Shown here in pieces: positions 1 through 6,135 of a DNA stretch of 10,577 nt; positions within the stretch are counted from its first letter, which is position 1, and the number at the start of each line of letters is the position of its first letter. This DNA comes from Elusimicrobiota bacterium (GTDB lineage: Bacteria; Elusimicrobiota; UBA8919). Under the pieces are notes generated by a model that was given only the letters and a program-made list of their open reading frames with translations, made no database searches and was not told the DNA's origin. Made by a program: the position numbers and the translations under genes. The stretch spans positions 1 through 10,577 of the forward strand of contig JBDRIG010000052.1 of the NCBI GenBank assembly GCA_043816185.1, given 5' to 3'.

Positions 1-125
1 GTCGGCAAAATGATTCAAAGAACGAAAATTTAAAAATATTTGAAAAACCGTAAATGTTACTAACAATTATTGTCCTTGTGGTTGCTTGAAAATATTGTTT
101 AGGCATACCAACTGAAATTACAACT

Positions 126-143
126 GACTTTTTCAACGGTCTC
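126..143. mobile_element. Possible isolated IS terminal inverted repeat (IS1182/IS5-like end)
   Basis: GACTTTTTCAACGGTCTC (reverse complement GAGACCGTTGAAAAAGTC) resembles, from memory, the GAGGCTGTTGAAAAAG-type termini of IS1182/IS5-family elements. No partner IR or transposase is visible in the window. Confidence 0.3.
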
Positions 144-200
144 ATGATAAGAAATCGTTAAAGGAATTTGTACAAATTTTTGAACACAGAAGAGACACGC

Positions 201-230
201 TTGACAAAAAATACTATAATGTAGTATAAT
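201..230 (+). promoter_or_regulatory. Sigma70-type promoter of the toxin-antitoxin operon, with an overlapping palindromic operator
   Basis: TTGACA at 201-206, 18-nt spacer, TATAAT at 225-230. The inverted repeat ATACTAT-aat-GTAGTAT (211-227) overlaps the spacer and -10. Shine-Dalgarno GGGAGG at 237-242 precedes ATG 251. Confidence 0.75.
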
Positions 231-250
231 CCTATTGGGAGGCAACTTTT

Positions 251-532
251 ATGATTTCAGGAATGTGTAAAGTGGCAAGACATTACCAAATCGTTGTACC
301 AAAACATGTTCGCAATATTATTGGACTTAAAATTGGGGATCTGGTGAACTTTCAATTAAAAAAAGATGGGAAAATTATTTTGACCCCAGTAGAAGTAAAA
401 AAGAAAGACCAACAGTATTTTTGGACAACAAAATGGCAGAAAGCCATAAAGAAATCGGAGCAGGAACTCAAAAAAGGAAATTTTAAAACATACAACAGTG
501 CTGAAGAGTTAGAAAAGGATATAGAAAAGTGA
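251..532 (+). CDS. AbrB/MazE/SpoVT-family DNA-binding antitoxin
   Basis: N-terminal swapped-hairpin motif KVARHYQIVVPKHVRNIIGLKIGDLVNF...GKIILTP. The C-terminal DQQYFWTTKWQ...KGNFKTYNSAEEL segment is typical of AbrB-type antitoxins paired with RelE-like toxins. Strong RBS; 93 aa. Confidence 0.85.
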   Translation: MISGMCKVARHYQIVVPKHVRNIIGLKIGDLVNFQLKKDGKIILTPVEVKKKDQQYFWTTKWQKAIKKSEQELKKGNFKTYNSAEELEKDIEK

Positions 533-786
533 TTAGACAAATAATAATTTCCCCTTCCGTAAGAAAGACTATCAAAAAATTACCATCTGAAATTAGAAAG
601 AAACTTTATTGGTGTATAGATATATTAATTAAAAATAAAACATATCCTTCACTAAGACATAAAAAGATTGCTGGTACAGATATTTATTGGGAATTCAGTA
701 TTACAATGAATTACCGTGTTGTTTATCGGCGAGAAAGTGACATGGCTTTTATTGTTGCTGTAGGAAAACACGAAGATATATTTTAA
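529..786 (+). CDS. Type II toxin, RelE/ParE superfamily (predicted mRNA interferase)
   Basis: 85 aa, basic, GTG start overlapping the antitoxin stop (GTGA, 529-532). RelE-fold pattern KKLPSEIRKK...YPSLRHKKIAG..IYWEFSITMNYRVVY...IVAVGKHEDIF. Confidence 0.8.
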   Translation: MIRQIIISPSVRKTIKKLPSEIRKKLYWCIDILIKNKTYPSLRHKKIAGTDIYWEFSITMNYRVVYRRESDMAFIVAVGKHEDIF

Positions 787-794
787 CGATGAAG

Positions 795-820
795 GGTGAA
801 TTCAACCATCAAGTGTAACA
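795..820 (-). mobile_element. IS30-family right terminal inverted repeat
   Basis: GGTGAATTCAACCATCAAGTGTAACA fits the TGAnTTCAAC-n4-AAnTGyAAC pattern I recall for IS30-family ends. The transposase stop codon (802-804, - strand) lies inside it, as is usual for this family. Confidence 0.6.
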
Positions 821-1032
821 CCCCAGCATTTAGCGGAATTGAAAACCTCATTTGGGGTAGAGAACCCCAAACATTTTCTTGGTCTGTTATTAAGCCAAGA
901 TTCGACCTTTGAAATATCATCGTCAGAAATAATATCAAAATTAGTTTTCTTTGGCAAGGTTTTTCTTATGAGAGAATTAGTATTTTCGACGGTACCTTTT
1001 TTCCAAGCGTGATAAGGATTGTAAAATGTTTT
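802..1032 (-). pseudogene. IS30-family transposase, C-terminal fragment (about 76 aa)
   Basis: NPYHAWKKGTVENTNSLIRKTLPKKTNF...VESWLNNRPRKCLGFSTPNEVF matches the IS30 C-terminal motifs PYxxWxKGxNENxNxLIR and LNxRPRKxLGxxTP. The HTH region and first two DDE aspartates are missing. The first ~17 residues of the listed ORF (802..1083) are antisense to the pyrC RBS/start. Confidence 0.85.
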
Positions 1033-1068
1033 TCGGCAGATCCCGAATAATCGTAGGAGGTTTAGAAA

Positions 1069-2430
1069 ATGTCTACTCGACAATTATTAATTCTTAATGG
1101 ATTAGTCTGTGATCCTGCAAACGGTATTTACAAAAAAGCAGATGTTCTTGTAGAAAATGGAAAAATTGTAAAAATTGGAAAAATAAATAATCCACAATTT
1201 ATTTCTACTGTTTCACGAAGTAAAACAAGTCGATTGGGGCAATCGATTGACGGTTCGCAGGTTATTGATGCGACGGGAAAAATTGTAGTTCCAGGGCTAA
1301 TTGATATTCACACACATTTGAGAGAGCCTGGGCATAGCGACGAAGAAACAATTGCTTCTGGAACAAAAGCAGCATCGGTAGGTGGTTTTACGACGATATT
1401 TGCGATGCCGAATACACATCCACCGGTAGATTCTGTTACAGGAGTTAAATTTGTGCTAATGACCGCTATGCACGAAGGCATTGTAAATGTGTTGCCAGTT
1501 GGTGCAATCACGAAGGGTCAAAAAGGTGAAGAACTTGCAGAGATAGGTAAGATGAAAAATGCTGGTGTTGTAGCAATTTCAGATGATGGCAAGTCGGTAA
1601 TGAATGCCAATATAATGCGAAGAGCACTTGAATATAGTAAAATGTTCGACTTGCCCGTTATCTCACATTGCGAGGATATAAATCTTACAAAAGACGGTGA
1701 AATGAACGAAGGATATATATCAACGGTTTTGGGTTTGAAAGGTATACCAAGACAAGCAGAAGAGATTATGGTAGCACGGGATATTGCACTCGCAGAACTT
1801 ACGGGTGGGAAATTGCATATTGCCCATGTTTCAACCGCACAATCCGTTGAACTTATAAGGAATGCGAAAAAAAAGGGCATAAAAGTTACTGCGGAAACGG
1901 CGCCACATTATTTTTCATTAACTGATGAAGAAATAAAAAATAGAGATTATGATACGAACTATAAAATCAACCCACCATTAAGAACAGAAGACGATATAAA
2001 AGCAATCTGTGAGGGGATTGCAGACGACACTATTGATTGTATTGCATCAGACCATGCGCCGCATTTAGATGAAGAAAAACAACAAGAATTTAGAGTTGCG
2101 CCATTTGGAATAATTGGGCTCGAGACAACACTACCGTTGGTTATTACAAAACTCGTCGATAAAAAAGTTTTAACGTTATCTCAAGCGATTGAAAAATTGG
2201 CGTCTAATCCTGCGAAGATATTTAATTTAAATAAGGGAATTTTATCTGCGGGTTCCGATGCTGATATAACAATAATTGATTTAGAACAAGAGAAAAAAAT
2301 AGAAAAATTTGAATCAAAAAGTAAAAATTCACCATTTATAGGTATGGTATTAACTGGATTTGCGACGACAACAATTGTTTCAGGAAAAATTGTCATGTGC
2401 AATGGACAGATAATAACGACTAATAAATGA
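1069..2430 (+). CDS. pyrC: Dihydroorotase (type I, multifunctional-complex type)
   Basis: Metal and substrate motifs DIHTHLREPG, MPNT, SDDG, SHCED, HIAHVS, KINPPLR, ASDHAPH and SKNSPF. AGGAGG RBS about 8 nt upstream. Clustered with pyrK, pyrD and pyrF. Confidence 0.95.
   Translation: MSTRQLLILNGLVCDPANGIYKKADVLVENGKIVKIGKINNPQFISTVSRSKTSRLGQSIDGSQVIDATGKIVVPGLIDIHTHLREPGHSDEETIASGTKAASVGGFTTIFAMPNTHPPVDSVTGVKFVLMTAMHEGIVNVLPVGAITKGQKGEELAEIGKMKNAGVVAISDDGKSVMNANIMRRALEYSKMFDLPVISHCEDINLTKDGEMNEGYISTVLGLKGIPRQAEEIMVARDIALAELTGGKLHIAHVSTAQSVELIRNAKKKGIKVTAETAPHYFSLTDEEIKNRDYDTNYKINPPLRTEDDIKAICEGIADDTIDCIASDHAPHLDEEKQQEFRVAPFGIIGLETTLPLVITKLVDKKVLTLSQAIEKLASNPAKIFNLNKGILSAGSDADITIIDLEQEKKIEKFESKSKNSPFIGMVLTGFATTTIVSGKIVMCNGQIITTNK
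1210..1249. repeat. Two-hairpin palindromic segment inside pyrC
   Basis: GTTTCAC-GAA-GTAAAAC (1210-1226, one mismatch) followed by TCGATTG-GGG-CAATCGA (1230-1246, perfect 7-bp stem, extendable to 9 bp). Both sit within an extra-long loop of the enzyme. Confidence 0.6.
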
Positions 2431-2478
2431 CAAATAATAAATTGAGTAGTAGATTGCTCGCCGCAGATTAGTGGTATT

Positions 2479-3306
2479 ATGATACAAATTGATTGTGAAA
2501 TAATTTCTAATAAACAAATTTCAGAAAAATGTTTTCTTATAACCTTTTTGGGCAATAAAATTACAAATGAAATTAAGCCTGGTCAGTTTGTAATGGTTTA
2601 TGATACTAAAACATTTTTAAGGCGACCATTTAGTGTTTGCGATGTGAGTGAAAAAAACTTCAGCATTGTTTTTAAGGTTGTTGGTACTGGCACCAAAATT
2701 TTGAGTCAGAAAAAGGCAGGTGATATTGTTAATATAATCTGTCCTTTAGGTACTGGTTTTTTACTACCCATTACCTCATACAATCTGCCACATATAATTG
2801 TTGCTGGTGGCACTGGCGTTGCTTCACTTTTTTTTCTCACTCAATATTTATCAACATATCAATATATCAATATGCCACCTGTTGTTTTCATCGGTGCAAA
2901 AACAAAAACAGATATATTGTTTGAAAACGAGTTCAAAAAACTCGGCTGTAAAGTGATTATTTCAACGGAAGATGGTTCATATGGTTTAAAAGGTTTAATC
3001 ACAGATGCTTTAATAAAATTTCTACTCTCTATACGTCCCGCATCACACACCTTACATCCTACCGTCTATGCTTGTGGTCCTAGCCCAATGTTAAAAAAAA
3101 TTGCAGAAATATGTAAAAATAAAAAATTAAAATGTTATGCTTCTTTGGAAGAAAAAATGGCTTGCGGGTTTGGTGCCTGTGCGGGATGCACAATAAAAAT
3201 TAAAAGTGAAAAATGCAAAACCGAAAATAAAGATATAACACCCTATACATATAAACGGGTATGCAAAGACGGCCCTGTATTTGATATAGAAGAAATAGTA
3301 TGGTAA
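2479..3306 (+). CDS. pyrK: Dihydroorotate dehydrogenase electron transfer subunit
   Basis: KPGQFV, LRRPFSV (FAD binding), VAGGTGVA and YACGP motifs, plus the [2Fe-2S] motif EEKMACGFGACAGC...RVCKDGPVF. Directly upstream of a family-1 pyrD. Confidence 0.95.
   Translation: MIQIDCEIISNKQISEKCFLITFLGNKITNEIKPGQFVMVYDTKTFLRRPFSVCDVSEKNFSIVFKVVGTGTKILSQKKAGDIVNIICPLGTGFLLPITSYNLPHIIVAGGTGVASLFFLTQYLSTYQYINMPPVVFIGAKTKTDILFENEFKKLGCKVIISTEDGSYGLKGLITDALIKFLLSIRPASHTLHPTVYACGPSPMLKKIAEICKNKKLKCYASLEEKMACGFGACAGCTIKIKSEKCKTENKDITPYTYKRVCKDGPVFDIEEIVW
2849..2872 (+). repeat. Intragenic 8-nt tandem repeat x3 (24 nt, frame-preserving) in pyrK
   Basis: TATCAACA TATCAATA TATCAATA, encoding part of LSTYQYINM. 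Confidence 0.75.
3029..3063 (+). repeat. Degenerate heptamer array in pyrK
   Basis: CTATACG TCCCGCA TCACACA CCTTACA TCCTACC, encoding SIRPASHTLHPT. Confidence 0.55.
3194..3228 (+). repeat. Degenerate heptamer array in pyrK, between the Fe-S cysteines
   Basis: TAAAAAT TAAAAGT GAAAAAT GCAAAAC CGAAAAT, encoding IKIKSEKCKTEN. Confidence 0.55.
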
Positions 3307-3313
3307 AATTACG

Positions 3314-3368
3314 CTCGACTTCAGTTTGGCTTCAGTTTGTTAAATTAGCAAAGACCCACTGAGGCGAG
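3314..3368. repeat. Intergenic long stem-loop between pyrK and pyrD
   Basis: CTCG-a-CTTCAGT (3314-3325) pairs with ACTGAGG-CGAG (3358-3368). Internal direct repeat CTTCAGTTTG at 3319-3328 and 3330-3339; inner TTTGTT/AGCAAA stem. Confidence 0.55.
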
Positions 3369-3392
3369 GTATAAAACAGATTAAATAAAAAT

Positions 3393-4256
3393 ATGGTATC
3401 AATTGGAAAACTTAAACTGAAAAATCCTGTAATGGTTGCTTCTGGTACATTTGGCTATGGAACAGAGTTTAAAGATTTTATAGACGTAAACAAACTTGGT
3501 GCGATAGTCACAAAAACAATAACCCTTAAACCACGGTTAGGTAATCCTCAACCAAGAATTTTTGAAGTTCCATATGGGATGATAAACTCAATTGGGCTTC
3601 AAAATGTTGGATTAAAAAAACTTATAAAAGAAAAATTGCCAGAGTTAAAAAAAATTACAAAAACACCCGTTATTGTAAGTGTTGGCGGAGAAACAATTGC
3701 CGAGTATGTCCGAATTATTGAAGAGTTGAATTCTGAAAAAATTGGTGGTATCGAGTTAAATATCTCTTGTCCCAATATACTTGGTAAAAAAATTATTTCA
3801 CAAGATGCAAAGGAAACATATAAACTTGTATCCGCTGTAAGAAAAAAAACCAAACATACTTTGATTACGAAACTTTCGCCGAATGTAACAGATATCACAG
3901 AAATTGCAAAATCAGCAGAGAATGCTGGCAGTGATAGCATTTCTTTAATCAATAGTTTTCCTGCAATGATTTTTTCTACTCCTTCGTCTGTTGCGAATTT
4001 ACCCGACTACTCATTATCACCTACTCCCCATATTTTTGGCGGTCTTTCCGGCCCTTGCATAAAACATATCGCATTAAAACTGGTTTATCTTGTTTCTCAG
4101 ACAGTAAAAATCCCAGTAATTGGTATGGGCGGAATAATGAATGTTCAGGATGCGATAGATTTTTTTAGGGCTGGTGCAAAAGCAATTGAAATTGGTTGTG
4201 CGAATTTTGTGAATCCGAAAGTAGCAATAGAAATAATTGAAGGATTAAAAAAATAA
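3393..4256 (+). CDS. pyrD: Dihydroorotate dehydrogenase family 1B, catalytic subunit
   Basis: LKNPVMVASGTFG, TKTIT..PR.GNPQPR, INSIGLQN, active-site ELNISCPN, KLSPNV, GGLSGP and IGMGGI motifs. Follows pyrK. Confidence 0.95.
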   Translation: MVSIGKLKLKNPVMVASGTFGYGTEFKDFIDVNKLGAIVTKTITLKPRLGNPQPRIFEVPYGMINSIGLQNVGLKKLIKEKLPELKKITKTPVIVSVGGETIAEYVRIIEELNSEKIGGIELNISCPNILGKKIISQDAKETYKLVSAVRKKTKHTLITKLSPNVTDITEIAKSAENAGSDSISLINSFPAMIFSTPSSVANLPDYSLSPTPHIFGGLSGPCIKHIALKLVYLVSQTVKIPVIGMGGIMNVQDAIDFFRAGAKAIEIGCANFVNPKVAIEIIEGLKK

Positions 4257-4360
4257 TAGTTTCATTACGACGAAAGTGTAGGAGATGATATAAAGATATT
4301 ACGAATTATTAAGAAATTGTCCAAATAATTTTTTGTAGAGGGAAACATAGATTGAGATAG

Positions 4361-4528
4361 CTGAAAAAAATTAATACTGAATTTGATTTAGATAGAATGA
4401 AGATCTATATGGATTTACCTGCAGAGGCAAAACTTAAATATTTGCAAGAAGCAAATGATTTTTTTTCAAAGTTTAGGAATAAAAAGACGGACAAAATACG
4501 CCAGAAATTAAAACGAAGTGGATTTTGA
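4361..4528 (+). CDS. Small basic hypothetical protein or remnant (55 aa from CTG 4361, or 43 aa from ATG 4397); not in the ORF track
   Basis: Hand translation: LKKINTEFDLDRMKIYMDLPAEAKLKYLQEANDFFSKFRNKKTDKIRQKLKRSGF*. Natural-looking helical, charged sequence. The start codon is uncertain and there is an in-frame TAG at 4358-4360. Confidence 0.5.
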   Translation: MKKINTEFDLDRMKIYMDLPAEAKLKYLQEANDFFSKFRNKKTDKIRQKLKRSGF

Positions 4529-4535
4529 AAATAGT

Positions 4536-4561
4536 GCGAACTTCCAAATTCGCTTTGTTTT
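4536..4561 (+). terminator. Possible weak intrinsic terminator after the small ORF
   Basis: GCGAA-cttccaaa-TTCGC (5-bp stem) followed by TTTGTTTT. Confidence 0.3.
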
Positions 4562-4717
4562 GAGTATACTTGTCCGACGGTAGTAAAAAATTCTCACCTA
4601 ACAACTCGCCTTGCTGTGAAGCGGGTTGCCATGGGGTGGTTCGTCTTGTCAGAGTTCGACGAGATTTGACGACGAAATTAGCAAACAGGTAGTCCCATAT
4701 TGTATCAGTGAGGTTTT

Positions 4718-5377
4718 ATGAACAACTTAAAAAAAGTTATTGTTGCGCTTGACGTGGAGGATTTAAAAAAAGCAGAAGAGATTATTAAAACCTTAAAAGA
4801 CAAGATAGAAATTTTTAAAATTGGTTCAAAACTTTTTACTGCTTATGGCCCCGAAGCAATAAAAATTATTACAAAATATAAAAAAAAGGTTTTTTTAGAT
4901 CTAAAATACTGTGATATTCCGTCGGTTATTGCCGACGCTATAAAGATGGCACAGAAGCACAATGTTTATTCGTTGTCATTACATGCACTCGGTGGCTACG
5001 AGATGCTTCGTTTAGCAGCAATGGTAAGTCCAAGGCCAAAACTTTGGGCTGTAACAATTTTAACAAGTTTAGACGATAAAAATTTGAACCAACTTGGGAT
5101 AAAAGAAAATGTTGTTGATGAAGTTGTTAGATTAGCGAAACTTGCAAAAAAAGCAGGCGTCGATGGTATAGTGTGTTCTCCAAATGAGATTGAACTTGTA
5201 AAAAAAATCGGGCTGAAAGTTATTACACCTGGAATACGAATTTTTCAGGAGAAAACAGACCAGAAACGGGTTTTGACACCAAGTGAAGCATTTTCAAAAG
5301 GCGTGGATTACATTGTTATGGGTCGCGAGATAATAATGGCAAAACAGCCATTAGAAATAATAAAAAAAATTGTGTAA
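4718..5377 (+). CDS. pyrF: Orotidine-5'-phosphate decarboxylase
   Basis: IVALDV, FKIG, catalytic DxKxxD as FLDLKYCDIP, AVTILTSLD, DGIVCS, ITPGIR, DQKR and VMGR motifs. GAGG RBS at 4710-4713. Confidence 0.95.
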   Translation: MNNLKKVIVALDVEDLKKAEEIIKTLKDKIEIFKIGSKLFTAYGPEAIKIITKYKKKVFLDLKYCDIPSVIADAIKMAQKHNVYSLSLHALGGYEMLRLAAMVSPRPKLWAVTILTSLDDKNLNQLGIKENVVDEVVRLAKLAKKAGVDGIVCSPNEIELVKKIGLKVITPGIRIFQEKTDQKRVLTPSEAFSKGVDYIVMGREIIMAKQPLEIIKKIV

Positions 5378-5612
5378 ATTTTCATATGGGAATTTGAATC
5401 CTTGGACTGCAGGGTTCTGAAAACACTGAATAAAGATTTATCGGAACAGTTGCATAAATATTATTTGCAGGTTGCTAATTTACAAGTAACCAAAAGAAAT
5501 AAAAAATCTTTTTAAATTTGAATTATAATCACAGTTTTTAATCATACAAATTTAAATATATGCACGGCAAATTTGTGCTTACAAAAAAAGAATTTGAAAA
5601 AGTGAGGGTAAA

Positions 5613-5987
5613 ATGCAAAAAATTATTAAAAGTGTTTGGGTGTGGATTCAGGATGTTTTTTCAGATGAAGAAGATCTAAATGAACCTATTTATGATGCCG
5701 TTCATATTGCATCAATGATAGTTTTAACGCTTTTTGGAATTTCAATTTTGTTTTGGCTATTTTGGTCTCTGCTTGTCTATAAGGGCGGCATAATAAATAA
5801 AATAATCCCATTTTTAAGTGTAATTTTTACTTCGAAAACACTTATTGATTACGGTTATCAAGGGTGTCCATATGAAATGGGTATCTTTGATGGTTGGATA
5901 ACAAATATCATCGCATTTTTGTTTTTGTGTTTTTTCATTTGGCATGTTGTAAAAATTTTAAGAAAGAATAAGAACGTTGTCTTATGA
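5613..5987 (+). CDS. Hypothetical integral membrane protein (124 aa, 2-3 hydrophobic segments)
   Basis: GAGGG RBS. Hydrophobic stretches IASMIVLTLFGISILFWLFWSLLVY, IIPFLSVIF and WITNIIAFLFLCFFIWHVV; basic C-terminal tail. No family recognised. Confidence 0.75.
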   Translation: MQKIIKSVWVWIQDVFSDEEDLNEPIYDAVHIASMIVLTLFGISILFWLFWSLLVYKGGIINKIIPFLSVIFTSKTLIDYGYQGCPYEMGIFDGWITNIIAFLFLCFFIWHVVKILRKNKNVVL

Positions 5988-6006
5988 AAGGCTAACAAAA
6001 AATGCC

Positions 6007-6034
6007 TTGACAAAAAAGTTTTTTTCTCTATAAT
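6007..6034 (+). promoter_or_regulatory. Sigma70-type promoter of the TonB receptor / binding protein / kinase cluster
   Basis: Perfect TTGACA (6007-6012) and TATAAT (6029-6034) with a 16-nt spacer made mainly of an A-run and a T7 run. Confidence 0.75.
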
Positions 6035-6118
6035 GGCAATACAATCGATGATAATTTATGACAAATATTTAATATTGCCACAGTCGTAATTTCTGTTAGT
6101 TTTTTAGACGGAAATTAA

Positions 6119-6127
6119 GGGGGGGGG
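6119..6127 (+). repeat. G9 homopolymer at the ribosome-binding position of the TonB-dependent receptor
   Basis: AA-GGGGGGGGG-TAAATAGG-ATG: nine G ending 8 nt before ATG 6136, in an AT-rich background. Confidence 0.8.
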
Positions 6128-6135
6128 TAAATAGG

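Noticed and set aside
1..53. Possible 3' end of an upstream CDS (RQNDSKNENLKIFEKP* or VGKMIQRTKI*)
   Set aside because: Too short to choose a frame or assign a product.
352..540. 62-aa minus-strand ORF
   Set aside because: Antisense shadow of the antitoxin gene; F/S-rich composition typical of the reverse complement of a Lys/Glu-rich CDS.
1308..3952. Minus-strand ORFs 1308..1511, 1518..1880, 2181..2555, 2859..3050 and 3599..3952
   Set aside because: All overlap well-supported pyr genes on the opposite strand and show no recognisable motifs.
4895..4925. PyrF DLKYCDIP instead of the common DLKxHDIP, as a sign of inactivation
   Set aside because: The catalytic D-x-K-x-x-D residues are intact and the ORF is full length.
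5385..5515. Short open frame after pyrF (IWEFESLDCRVLKTLNKDLSEQLHKYYLQVANLQVTKRNKKSF), considered as a pyrE remnant
   Set aside because: No convincing start or RBS and no PRPP-binding or other PyrE motif.
6049..6063. Fur-box-like TGATAATTTATGACA downstream of the receptor promoter
   Set aside because: Only the left half-site matches (10 of 14 positions of TGATAATnATTATCA), which is unremarkable in AT-rich DNA. Iron regulation cannot be claimed.
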